Of a stretch of DNA of 64,000 nucleotides, positions 49,301 through 61,709 are shown piece by piece. The stretch covers positions 148,492,001 through 148,556,000 of the forward strand of contig CM059431.1 of assembly GCA_030390025.1 (NCBI GenBank), given 5' to 3'. This DNA is from Squalus acanthias (taxonomy: Eukaryota). Positions within the stretch are counted from its first letter, which is position 1. Each line of letters opens with the position of its first letter. The translations under genes were made by a program, and so were the position numbers. The notes under the pieces are model-generated. The model was not told the origin of the DNA. It ran no database searches and worked only from the letters and a program-made list of their open reading frames with translations.

Positions 49301-50536
49301 ATGTAACACGCAGGGTGGACAAGGGTGAGTAAGTGGATGTGGTGCATTTGGATTTCCAGAAGGCATTCTATAAGGTGCCACATAAAAGGTTGCTGCATAA
49401 GCTAAGAGCTCAAGGAGTTGGTGGTAACATATTGGCAAGGATAGAGAATTGGCTAATTAACAAAAAACAGAGAGTCGGGGTAAATGGGTCATTTTCTGGT
49501 CGGCAAACGGTAACTAGTGGAGTGCCACAGGGATCGGTGCTGGGGCCTCAACTATTTACAATCTACATTAACGACTAAGATGAAGGGTCCGAGTGGAATG
49601 TAGCCAAGTTTTCGGATGATACAACGATGGGTTGGAATGCAAGTTGTGCAGAGGACTCAAAGAATCTGCAAAGGGATATAGACAGGTTAGGTAAGTAGGC
49701 AAAACATTGCCAGATGGAGTATAATGTGGGAAAGTGCGAGGTTATCCACTTTGGCAGGAAAAATAAAAAAGCAAACTATTATTTAAATGGAGAGAGATTA
49801 CAAAATGCTACCGATCAGAGGGACCTGTGAGTCATTGAGCATGAAACACAAAAGGTTAGCATGCAGATACAGAGAATAATCAAAAAGGCAAATGGAATGT
49901 TGGATTTATTGCAAGGGGGTTGGAGTATAAAAACAGTGACGTCCTGGTACAACTGTACAAGTTATTGTTGAAACCACACCTGGAGTACTGCGTACAGTTT
50001 TGGTCTCCTTATTTAAGGAAGGATATACTTGCATTGGAGGCAGTTCAGAGACGATTCACTAGTTTAATTCCAGAGATGAGGGTGTTGACTTATGAGTAAA
50101 GGTTGAGCTGGCTGGGCCAATACTCATTGGAATTAAGATAAATGAGTGTTGATCTTATTGAAACATATAAGATACTGAAGGGGCTCGAAAGGATAGATGC
50201 AGAGAGGATGTTTTCACTCGTGGGGAAATCTAGAACTCGGGGCCACAGTCTCAGAATAAAGGGTCGCCTTTTAGAACTGAGATGAGGAGGAACTTCTTCC
50301 CTCAGAGGGTCGTAAATCTGTGGAATTATCTGCCCCAGAGAGCTGTGGCGACTGAGTCATTAAATACATTTAAAGTGGATATATAAACATTTTTCCGAGG
50401 TAAGGGAGTGAAGGGTTATGAGGAGCGGGCTGGGAAGAGTCTTTGAGCCCAAGATCAGCCATGATCTTATTCAATGGCGGAGCAGGCTCGAGGGACCAAG
50501 TGGCCTATTCCTGATCCTATTTCATATGTTCTTATG
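45511..50536 (+). mobile_element. Near full-length, inactive CR1 LINE (5' monomers, ORF1 with SGNH/GDSL esterase, ORF2 APE+RT, 3' tail)
   Basis: ORF1 VVVIGESIVRG..CWLPGARVKDI..VGANDI; APE YLNARSIRNK..ITETWL, SDHSM; RT LDFQKAF, GVPQGSVLGP, FSDDT; many stops and frameshifts. Confidence 0.92.
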
Positions 50537-50661
50537 ATGGAGTAAGTAAGGGGGAATTTTTCCACTGGCTGACATGTTATTGCCAAATGGCCAAACATTG
50601 ATCACGCAGTGAGGTGATCTGGAATGGAATCTCTGAAAGGCTGGTGGAAGCAGATTCAATC

Positions 50662-52323
50662 GGCTCAGTTGACAGCAAACTCGCCTCTGAGTCAGAAGGT
50701 TGTGTGTTCAATTCCAACTCCAGCGACGTGATTACAAAAATCTAGGATGACACTCCAGTGCAGTACTTAGGGAGCGCTGCACTGTCGGAGGGGCAGTACT
50801 GAGCTATCGCTGCACTGTCGGAGGGGCAGTGCTGAGGGAGCGCGTCACTGTCGGAGGGGCAGTTTTGAGGGAGCGCTGCACTGTCGGAGGGTCTGTACTG
50901 AGGTAACACTGCACTGATGGAGGGACAGTACTGAGGGAGCGCTGCACTGTTTGTGGGTCAGTACTGAAGGTGAGCTTCACTGTCGGAGGATCAGTACACA
51001 GGGATCACTTCACTGTCTGAGCGGCAGTACTGAGGGATCGCTGCACTGTCGGAGGGTCAGTACTGAAGGAGCGCTGCTGTGTAGGAGGGGCAGTACCGTG
51101 GGATCATTGCACTGTCGTAGGGTCAGTCCTGAGGGAACGCTGCACTGTCTGAGGGGCTGTACTGAGGAAGAGCTGCACTGTCAAATGGGCAGTACCGTAG
51201 GAGCGTTTTATTGTTGAAGGGTTAGTACTGAGGGAGCGCTGCACTGTCGGAAGAGCAGTACTGAACGAGTGCTGCACTGTTGGAAGTTCAGGGAGCACTG
51301 TCTTTTCGAGGGACAGTATTGATGGAGTGTTGCACTGTCAGAGTGAAAGTACTGAGGGAGAGCTCTACTGTTGCAGAGGCATTATTGAAGGAGCGCTGCA
51401 CTGTCAGAGGGGCAGTTCTGAGGGGGCGATGCACTGTCGGAGGGGCAGTACTGAGGGAGAGCTGCACAGTCGCAGTACTGTACTGAGGGACCGATGCACT
51501 GCCGGAGTGGCAGTGATGAGGGAGCCCTGCACTGTCGGATGGTCATTACTGAGGGAGCTCTGTATTCGCGGAGGGGCAATACTGAGGGAGCGCTGCACTG
51601 TCTGAGCGGCAGTACTGAGGGATCGCTGCACTGTCGGTTGGTCAGTACTGAAGGAGCGCTGCACTGCCGTAGGTATAGTACCGAGGGATCACTGCACTGT
51701 CGGAGGGTCACTACTGAGGGAGCGCTGCATTGTCTGAGGGGCTGTACTGAGGAAGCGCTACACTGTCAAATGGGCAATACTGAGGGAGCGCTGCACTGTC
51801 GGAGGGGCAGTACTGCGGCAGCGCTGCACTGTCGGAGCGGCAGTACTGCAGCAGCGTTGCACTGTCGGAGGGGCAGTACTGAGGGATAGCTGCACTGTCG
51901 GAGGGGCAGTACTGAGGCAGCGCTGCACTGTCGGAGGGGCAATACTGAAGTGGCGCTGCACTGTTGAAGGGTCAGTACGGAGGGAGCGCTGCACTGTTGA
52001 AGGGTTAGTACTGAGGGAGCGCTGCACTGTTGTAGGGTCAGTACTGAGGGAGCGCTGCACTGTCGGAGAGGCAGTACTGAGGGAGCGCTGCACTGTCGGA
52101 AGGGCAGTACTGAGCGAGTGCTGCACTGTTCGACCTGCAGGGAGCACTGTATTGTCGAGGGACAGTAATGGCGGAGTGTTGCACTGTCAGAGTGAAAGTA
52201 CTGAGGGAGTGCTCGACTGTTGTAGAGGCAGTACTGAGGGAGTACTGTCCTGTCGGAGGGGCCGTCTTTAGGATGCTCTCTTTGGTCGTTAAAGGTGCTC
52301 TATAAATGCAAGTCTTTCTTTCT
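50662..52323 (+). mobile_element. Deu-type SINE with internal 33-bp minisatellite expansion
   Basis: Head ggctcagttg..gttcaattcc (50662-50713), array, then gccgtctttaggatg and tail ctataaatgcaagtctttcttt. Confidence 0.85.
50760..52262. repeat. 33-bp minisatellite, ~45 copies
   Basis: cagtactgagggagcgctgcactgtcggagggg. Confidence 0.95.
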
Positions 52324-52639
52324 TAATAGAAATATTCAAAAGGTAATTCGATATATACTTGAAACGGAGACATTTTCAGGACTATGGGGAAACAACTTAA
52401 TTGTTCATGACCATTCACGAAAGGAAATAACAGCTTTGAAATAATCTGATATGATGGTTGTGGGATCGCTTGAATCTGTCTAATTTCTTCCCACTGAGCA
52501 CGATGGTAGTGGCAAATAATACGATGGATGGTGTCCTCTGTGTGAAGGCCAGACTTATTCTAAACAAATATTGTGCAGTAGTCAGTCCTACTAATATTGT
52601 CATGAACAGATGTATATGCGATATCTAGATTGGTGATGA

Positions 52640-53110
52640 CGACGTCATGCAGGATATTTTCCCGTGTTGGTTCTCCCATCACCTGCCACAATCCCATACT
52701 GGCAGCTCTGTTCTTCAGGGCTTGGTTAATGATGATGCTTCCGAGTCACTCTTGGTGATGGACATTGAAGTCTCCCACTCCCCACCAAGAGCGTTATATG
52801 TTGTGCCCTTTCTGCTCTCGGTGCTCCCATCAACTGGTGTTCAGCATGAATATGTGATGATTCATCAGCAGAATGATGGCGGTAGGCGGTAATCATCAAG
52901 AAGTGACATTGCTCATATCTGACTGGAAGCCATGAGAATTCATTATATCCTTAGGCAATGTTGAGGACTCGCAGGATCTCTCCCAGCCGACTGCATATCC
53001 CTGTGCCACCGCCTCTGGTGAGTCTATCCTGCCGGTGGAACAGGATATACACTCGAATGGCGATGGAGGACTCGAGAATGTTGATTGATAGTATTGGTTC
53101 TGTGACTATG
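52640..53110 (-). mobile_element. LINE endonuclease-region fragment (probably CR1 family B)
   Basis: Minus strand VGDFNVHHQE*LG at ~52740-52778. Confidence 0.6.
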
Positions 53111-53742
53111 ATTGTCCGAGAATTCAATGTTTCCGGAGCTTTTCATTGAGTATTGAGACTTTAATAGGGTATTTATTTATTGATTAATATTTTAAGCGTT
53201 TTCCTTTGATTCCTTTGTGTCAAACCTTTGCTGGCTTTATTATTTTCTCCCGCTCGGTAAATCACCATTACAAGATTGGCAGGTTGATCTCAATCATTAG
53301 AAACACCTTGTTTTTCTTATCCGCGATTCAGGAAAATATGAATGCCCTGGGAACAACTTGCTGGACTAAGGCAGGAACATGTAACCTTGGCAGCCGTGGG
53401 AATGAAATTCCTAAACTAAGGCGGGAGCAGTGTAATCTCGGCTACCCTGGGAATTAAATTCCTGGACTGAGGGAGGGTGAAATGTCGTGCAGACGCTCCA
53501 TTTTAATTTAAAGCTGTGTACAATAATGTGAGCTAGATTGTGTTGCAGTGAAGTGTTGGGATGATAATGGCTCAATGATTCTGTTTGTTCAGTGACTGTA
53601 ATTAATGCCAGTTGCAGTGAGGCCTAATGATGTCACTCGGGGATTTCCCTCTGCTCTAAATTATGAGCTCCCTTCACTGTGTGACCTCACACAATCAGCG
53701 CGTTCCCTCCAGCACAAAGACCACCAGCCTGTCACAGAAGAG

Positions 53743-54594
53743 ATGTCATGGGTTCGAGGAGCTCCATGGAAAGTATTCTTGAACAGTGTCAGTTAACTAC
53801 AGTACTTTGGAATAACAACAGAACATGTGAAAAACACTCAGTAGGTCAGGCAGCATCCGTAGAGAGAGAAAGAGTTAACGTTTCAGGTCTGTGACCCTTC
53901 AGGAAAAGCGGGTAGGAGAGGAAAGAACAAAAGGGATTGACTGTGATAGGGTGGAAGGCAGCAGTGGTTAAATGTTTCAAATGGGGATGGGAGAATCGTC
54001 AACAGCTGCCGTCTGAAAAAAAGGGGTCGAGGTTATGGTCTGTAATTGCAGTACTCACTGCTGCGTCCAGTAGGCTGTAATGTGCCTAACAGAAAGATGA
54101 AGTGCTGTTCCTCGAGCTTAAGTTGAGCTTCATTGGTACAGTATAAGAAGCAGAGGCCGGTGATGTCAGAATGGGAGGGGAATAGAGAATTAAAGTGACA
54201 GGAAACCTGAAGCTCAGCGATACAGTTACGGAATGAACGGAAGTGTTCCGCATACCGATCACCCAATCTGCATTTGGTCTCCCAAATGTAGAGGAGACCG
54301 CATCGTCAGCAGCGAATACAGTATACTAAATTGCAAGAAGTACAAGTAAATCGCTGTTTCACCTGGAAGGAGTGTTTGGGGCCCTGGACAGTGGGAAGGG
54401 AGAAGGTAAAAAGGCCGGTGTTGCATCTCCTGCGCTTGCACGGGGAGGTTCCGTGGGGATGGGTGCGGCTGTTGGTGGTGATTAAGGAGTGAACCAGAAT
54501 ATTGTGGAGGGAGCGGTTCCTTCGGAATACTGAAAGTGAAGGAGAGGATTACCAAATATTTACTATCCCCTTCTCGCTACTGTTAATGTTCATA
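53743..54594 (+). pseudogene. Disrupted paralogous GPCR exon 1
   Basis: Promoter block at 53581; MSWVRGAPWKVFLNSVS*LQYFG [Penelope insert] LPNIYYPLLATVNVH A|GTAAGT, homologous to FYYPLLAVVGVP G|GTAAG. Confidence 0.65.
53812..54545 (-). mobile_element. Penelope-like element 3' part (GIY-YIG remnant, truncated hammerhead at 53873-53903)
   Basis: GDRYAEHFRS..VSCHFNS..KLEEQHFIF; colinear with 35580-36470. Confidence 0.88.
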
Positions 54595-54631
54595 GTAAGT
54601 ATTTATTAACAATTATTAATTCTATAAACCA

Positions 54632-55282
54632 CAGTCTCCAGAGCTGTAGTGATACCCGCCCTCCTGCATTCTTCAGAGAAGTGGACGATGTACAGCAGGC
54701 ACCTCAAAGCACTGGAGAGCAACGACCAACGCTGATTCCGCAAGATCCTGCTAATCCATTGGCAGCATAGGCGCACCAAATCAGTGTTCTCGCTCAGGCC
54801 AACATCCCCAGCATCGAAGCTTGGAGCTTGCTCGATCAGCTCCGATGGAAGGGTCACATCGCCCTCATGCCCGATACGAGACTCCCAAAGCAACGCTCTA
54901 CTCGGAGCTCCGACACGGCAGTATAGCCCCAGGTGGGCAGAGGATATGCTTCAAGGGTAACCTCAAAGCCTCCTTGAAAATGAGCAACATCCTCACCGAC
55001 ATCTGGGAATGCCTGACCCAAGATCGCAGAAAGTGCAGAAGAAGCATCTGGGAAGGCGCCGAACACCTCGACTCTCTTCGCTGGGAGCAAGCGGAAGCCA
55101 AGCGCAAGCAGCGCAAGGACCGCTCGTCAACCCAAGCACCCCAACCACCCGCCCCGTCAACCATCGTCTGCCCTACTTGTGACAGAGACTGTAGGTCCGC
55201 ATTGGACTCATCAGTCACCTGTGAACTCATTTTTAGTGTGGAAGCAAGTCATCCTCGGTTCCGAGGGATTGCCTAAGTAGAG
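54632..55282 (+). mobile_element. RTE-clade LINE 3' fragment with AAACCA target-site duplication
   Basis: RAVVIPALL..SEKWTMYSRHLKALE, LYSELRHG..GGQR..LKASLK, CPTCDRDC; aaacca at 54626-54631 and 55283-55288. Confidence 0.85.
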
Positions 55283-55794
55283 AAACCATGTTACAATCTA
55301 ATATTATTCTTGCAATTTACCGTGAAATACTCTGTTATTAATGATATTCTGTGTTTCAAGTTGTTGCATCTTCGTTAATGCAAGATTTGTTTAAAAAGAC
55401 TGACACATCCTCACTGCTGTTGGTGTTCCTGGTAAGTATATGCATCCAGCTGTTAATTCTATAAATCATGTCTAACTGTATTACGGTTCTTGTCATTTAC
55501 TGCCCCACACACCCTCGCTAATGGTGGTGTTCCTGGTAAATCTCTGGATCCAGCTATTAATTCTACAAATCATGTTTAACTGTATTTCTCTTCATGCCAT
55601 TCCTCATCCCATCGGCACTGCTGTCGGCTATTGATTCTGAAGGTGATACAGCGCTAATAAGATTCAATTGTTCTATATTCAACTTAAGAAAATATATCGG
55701 ACGAGACTCTTTGCTCAACGAATTCCGTTCTGCTGTCTGCACTGAACATTTGTAACAGATCAGAAGTATATTGTCTTGTTTGAGGAGATTTTCA

Positions 55795-55930
55795 ACTAAC
55801 GACGAAAGATCATCGACTTGAAACTAACTCTCTCTCTGCACAGATTTTGCCTGACCTGCTGAGTACTGAAAACATTTTCTGTTCTTATTTCAGATTTCCA
55901 GCATCCGCAGTAATTTGGTTTTGTTTTCAC
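55795..55930 (+). mobile_element. Solo Penelope terminal fragment with degenerate hammerhead
   Basis: gacgaaagatcatcgacttgaaactaactc..ctgacctgctgagta..tttccagcatccgcagta. Confidence 0.7.
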
Positions 55931-56984
55931 CGAATGCTCGGTATGGTTACTGACACAGAGTCACAGGAACAAATCCTGGCAGATCACACTCACATCTTTA
56001 AATGTCTGAAATATCCGCGAATCATTCAGTTCCAGTCACTGGCTCTTTTCCCACCATCTCCAGCTCTGCATTAGTGGCACTGCTTCTGAAGGATAGAAAA
56101 GGATTAGTAGGATAATTTACATTCTCAAAAAACGTTCACTCAGAAATATTTCAATGAGTTTAATTCCAATCTTTGTTTTCAATTTACAATTGGATCCCAT
56201 GCCGGCCTGTCACAGTTCAGTCGATCTCTCAGTGAACCCAGAGTGATTCTCTATTGCCTCCTGCTGTACTGCAGAATAAACAATCCCAGCTGATTGTAAC
56301 TGATTTACTGAGGATAAGAAAATCCTTTCATATTTTCTCGACTAATATTCTCTGCACAAGTTGGAAAGCAACAGGCGAAAAAGTGCAAGGATAAATCTCT
56401 TCCATTTGAGTTCAGATACTTTACAAAATCGTTCGACGGCTCGTTGCCTGTTGAATAAGTCGCGTGATTATGATGCTAATAAATGCATTTAGTGGGTTAT
56501 TACCTGGTCAATTTTAACTATTTATTTTAATTCAGAGTCCATTCTTTGCAATGTTATTTGGAAAATCTTCCTTTCAATGAGCCACAATTTGAGTATTTCA
56601 ACATAACTGTAGAAAGCTCAATCTTCAAATCACTTCTTACATCCCAGTTATCTTTATAACTGCAGGGCACTTGCCTTTATTTTCTCAGTATTTTCATAAT
56701 ACAGCCGTACATTTTAAATAAAGTTGGCTGTAATTAATGCACGCCAAGTTTACAGTTTCTGTAATTTGCCGTTGCATTCATTTTCAGTCCTAAATCTAAT
56801 GGATATCTAACCAGGAGCAGGAGTCCAAGCGGTATTTCCCCCTTTCTAACATAAAGGGCATTGAAGGAAATTGCTCCGGTCCAAATGCTGACTGATCCCG
56901 GGACACGAAGGCTTCCTGAGAGCTTCTGGTCCTGTGTGTCCCTGGTACCTCGTCGGTGCTTTTGTCTGCTGGGCTAAAGGTAGA

Positions 56985-59900
56985 TCATAGAATTATAGAA
57001 TCATAGAAGATAGGAGCAGGAGTAGGCCATTCGGCCCCTTCAAGCCTGCTCCGCCATTCAATGCGATCATGGCTGATCATCCAAATTCAGTACCCTGTCC
57101 CTGCTTTCTCCCCATATCCCTTGATCCCTTTAGCCTTAAAAATATATCCAACTCCTTCTTGAATCTATTTAATGAATAACAGTTTCACCACTCTCTGGGT
57201 GAAGAAATTCCTCCTCATTTCTGTCCTTAATGGCTTAACCCTTATCCTTTGGCTGTGACCCCTGATTCTGGACTCCTCGACCATCGGGAACATCCTTCCT
57301 GCATCTACTTTGTCCTGTCCTGTCAGAATTTTATAAGTTTCAAGGAGATCCCCTCTCATCTTCTAAACTCCAGCGAGTATAAGGCCAATCCACCCAATCT
57401 CTCTTCAACGTCATTCCTGCCATCCCAGGTATCAGCCTTGTGAATCTTCGCTGAATTCCTTCCATGGCAAGAACATCCTTCCTCAGATAAGGCGACCAAA
57501 ACTGCGCACACTACTCAAGGTGTGGTCTCACCAAGGCCCTGTACAAATGCAGCAAGACATCCTTGTTCCTGTACTCAAACCCTCTCGCTATGAAGGCCAA
57601 CCTACCATTTGCCTTCCTAACCGCCTGCTGCACCTGCATGTTTACCTTCAGCGACTGGTGCAGAAGGACACCCAGGTCTCGTTGCACTTTCCCTTCTCCC
57701 AATCTATTGCCATTCAGATAATAATCTGCCTTTCTGTTTTTGACACCAAAGTGGATAACCTCGCATTTATCCACGTTACATTGCATCTGCCACGCTTCTG
57801 CCCAATCACCCAACCTGTCCAAATCATCCTGTAGTTTATCGGCATCCTCCTCGCAGCACCCATGCCCACCCAGTTTTGTGTCGTCTGCAAACTTGGAGAT
57901 ATTGCATCTAGTTCCCTTGTCTAGATCATTAATATATATTGTGAATAGCTGTGGTCCAAGGACCGATCCCTACTGTACCCCACTAGTCACTGCCTGCCTC
58001 TCGTAAAAATACCCTTTTATTCCAACTCTTTGCTTTCTGTCTGACAACCAGTTCTCTATCCAAGTCAATACCTTGCCCCCAATCCCATGTGCCTTAACTT
58101 TACACGCTAATCTCTTATGCGGGACCTTATCAAATGCCTTTTGGAAGTCCAAATACACCAGATCCACTGGTTTTCCCTTATCTATTTTACCAGTTACATC
58201 CTCAAAAAATTCCAGTTGATTTGTCAAGCATTATTTACCTTTTGTAAATCCAAGTTGATGTTGTCCGTTCCTGTCATTCTTTTCCAAGTGCTCAGCTATT
58301 ACATCTTTTAAAATGAACACTAGAATTTTCCCCACTACCGGTGTCAGGCTTACCGGTCTGTAATTCCCCGTTTTCTCTCTACCACCCTTTTTGAATAGTG
58401 GGGTAACATTAGCTACCCTCCAATCCAAGGGAACTGTTCCCGATTCCATCGAATGTTGGATAATGATCAGCAATGCATCTACTATTTCGAGGGCCACTTC
58501 CTTATATACCCTAGGATCTAGATTATCAAGCCCTGGGGATTTATCGGCCTTCAATCCCTTCAATTTCCCTTGCATAATTTCCCTACAAATACTGATTTCT
58601 TTCAGTCCCTCCCTTTCATCAGACCCTATGTTCCTCAACATTTCTGGGAGGTTATTTGTGTCCTCCTTTGTGAAGACAGAACCAAAATATGTATTTAATT
58701 AGGCTGATATTTCTTTGTTCCCCATTATAATTTCCCCTGATTCTGACTGCAAGGGACCTATGCTTGATTTCACTAATGTTTTTCTCTTCACATATCAATA
58801 AAAGCTTTTAATGTCAGTTTTTATGTTCCCTTCAAGCTTACTCTCATAATCTATTTTCCCCTTCTTAATTAATCCCTTAGTCCTCCTTTGTTTAGTCTTA
58901 AACTGCTCCCAATCCTCAGGGTTACTGCTTTTTCTGGCCATTTTATATGCCCTCTCCTTGGATCTTATGCTATCCCTAATTTCCCTTGTTAGCGACCGTT
59001 GAGTCACCCTTTTTGTATTATTCATATGCCAAACTGGGATGAAAACATTCTGTAGTTCGTCCATGCGGTCTTTCAATGTTTGCCATTGCCTATCCACGGT
59101 CAACCCTTTGAGTGAATTTACCCAATCAATCCTACCCAACTCGCTCCTCATCCCATCGTAGTTTCCTTTAGTTAATTTTAGGAGCCTAGTCTCTGAGGCA
59201 ACTACTTCACTCTCCATCTTAATGAAGAATTCTATCATATTATGATCGGTCCGACCCAATGGGCCTCGCAGAACAACATTGCTAATTAATCCTTTCTCAT
59301 TGCATATTAGCCAGTGTAAGATAGCCTGTTCTCTGGTTGGTTCCTCTACATATTGATCCAGGAAACCATCCCGTAAACACTCCAGGAATTCCTCCTCCAT
59401 AGTATTCTTACTAATTTGGTTAGCCTACTCTATATGTATATTAAATTCACCCATGATGACTGCTGTGCCCTTATTGCACGCTTCTCTTATTTCCCTTTTA
59501 ATGCCATCCCCAACCTCCGCATTACTGTTTTGAGGTCTATATATCACGCCCACTAACGTTTTCTGCCCCTTGTTATTTATCAGTTCAACTCATACAGATT
59601 CCAAATCATCGGAGCTAATATCCTTTCATTCAATTGTGTTAATCCCCTCTTTAACCAGCAATGCTACCCCACCTCCCTTTCGTTTTTGCCTATCTTTCCT
59701 GAATATTGAGTACCCATGGATGTTGAGTTCCCAGCCTTGGCCACCCTGGAGCCATGTTTCGGTAATCCCAATCAAATCATATTCGTTTACCTCTATTTGC
59801 GCAGCTAATTCATCCACCTTGTTCCGAATGCTCCTTGCATTAAGACACAAAGCCTACAGGCTTGTTCTTTTTTAGGCTCTTAGACCTATTAGAATTAGTA

Positions 59901-60455
59901 TTTACTGTGGCCATGTTTGATTTAAACCGTTGTTTTCTCTGACTGCCACTTTTGTTTTTCACCTTCCTATGTTTTGCTGTTATCCTTGATTCCCTTCCCT
60001 CTGTCTCCCTGCTCAGGTTCCCAACCCCCTGCTATTTTAGTTTAAACCCTCGCCAGAGCACTAGAAAACACTCCCCCGAGGACATCGGTCCCGGCCCTAC
60101 CCAGATGTAGGCCGTCCGGTTTGTACTGGTCCCACCTTCCCCAGAACCGTTTCCAATGCCCCAGGAATTTGAATCCCTCCCACTTGTACCATTCCTCTAG
60201 CCACGTATTCATTTGAAATATCCTTCTATTTCTACTCTGACTAACACGTGGCACTGGTAGCAATCCTGAGATTACTACCTTTGAGGACCTATTTATTAAT
60301 TTACCTCCTAACTCCCTATGTTCTGCTTTTAGGACCTAATCCTGTTTTTTACCTATATCGTTGGTACCTATATGCACCACGACAACTGGATGTTCATCCA
60401 CCCCTTCCAAAATTCTCTGTAGCCACTCTGAGACATCCTTGAACCTTGCACCATT
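56985..60455 (-). mobile_element. Long CR1 LINE (ORF1 esterase part, ORF2 APE+RT, 3' tail), inactive
   Basis: YKPDGLHLG (ORF1); CLNARSIRNK..ITETWL; NYRPVSLT; YLDFQKAFDK; (atagaatc)n tail. Confidence 0.93.
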
Positions 60456-60739
60456 TAATCTCTCATTGATCAAATATCTGTTACTTTCCTGTTGTATTTA
60501 GCCCCGTTTCATTGATTGATTCTTCACTGTATTCCCGATCATTCTTACAATAAACCCTGTATTTAGCTCCACGGGTAATCGAATGAGATTATATCATTGA
60601 ATGTCGCTAATGAGTTGCTGATTTCTCCCCGAATTCCTCCAAACTTCTGCTCTTGCTCCCAGCCTGATGTATAATTTCCCTGTTTATTTCCCGTCCCAGC
60701 CTGATGTATAATTTCACTGTTTATTTCCCTTGCTCACAG

Positions 60740-61641
60740 TGAACTTAGTGACGATTCTGATCCTGTCTCGGGGAAAGTGCGGTCTCTCCAAATGTGTCAC
60801 TCGCTACCTGCTGGCCATGGCAGCAGCGGATCTACTGGTCGTTTTCCTCGACCTGATACTGAGGCACATTCCGATTGTTTTTTTGGAACATTTTTATTTC
60901 GTGCGGTCCATTCCCGTGTGTAATATCCACGCCGTCCTGCTTTATGCAGCCACAGACTGTTCTGTCTGGTTCACCGTCAGTTTCACCTTCGATCGATTTG
61001 TGGCCATTTGTCGCCAGAAGCTGAAAACGAAGTATTGCACCGAGAAAACGGCGTCTGTGATTCTGGGAACAGTGACTGTGCTGAGCGGCTCAAAGAACAT
61101 TTCCTGGTATTTTATGTTCACAGCTTGGTATGGGCTTTGGAACATTCCCTGGTTTTGTGAAGTAACAATCGATGTTATGAAATCACGTGCCTGGGCAGCA
61201 ATTGAGCTCCTTCATTATAGTCTCACCCCGGCGGTCCCATTTGTTCTGATTCTGCTGTTCAATGTTCTCACCGTCAAACACATTTTAGTGGCCAGCAAAG
61301 CCCGCAGGAGATTCCTGGGTCCCAGCAGTGGTGAGATTCAGAGAGACCCAGAGATGGAGAGCCGCAGGAAATCCATCATTTTACTGCTTGTTATCTCGGG
61401 CAATTTCATCCTGTTATGGGCAGTGTTTATGGTGATTTACATATGGAGCCGGATAGGGTCTATCAGTCCTGTGTCTGTAAATGCTCCTCTTTATTTACTG
61501 GAATTGGGATTGATGCTGCAGATGCTGAGTTGCTGCACAAACACAGGGATTTATGCCGTGACCCAGACTAAGTTCAGAGAGCAGTTGAAGAATATGGGGA
61601 AATATCCCTTTACTCTGATTGTAAAATTCATTAAAGGATAA
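60740..61641 (+). CDS. GPR139-like: Exon 2 of GPR139/GPR142-like class A GPCR (TM1 end to C-terminus)
   Basis: Acceptor ttccct tgctcacag|TG; VNLVTILILSRGKCGLSKC..LAMAAADL (TM2), FTFDRFVAIC (TM3), TM5-TM7, CCTNTGIY, helix 8 KFREQL; no stops. Confidence 0.92.
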
Positions 61642-61709
61642 TGTTAAACGGATAATTTGCACCTGACAGCTTCCTTGGTGTGATTTTTATTTTAAACATT
61701 TTCATTTAT

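Noticed and set aside
46525..50536. Active or domesticated LINE ORFs
   Set aside because: Numerous stops and frameshifts in every LINE and Penelope copy in the window
50662..50725. tRNA gene
   Set aside because: A/B boxes continue into a SINE body and no complete cloverleaf is evident; same for 40457 and 33000-33063
50760..52262. CRISPR-like array or 11-aa repeat protein (STEGALHCRRG)
   Set aside because: No unique spacers, eukaryotic context, and the unit is a SINE segment; the frame stays open only because 33 is divisible by 3
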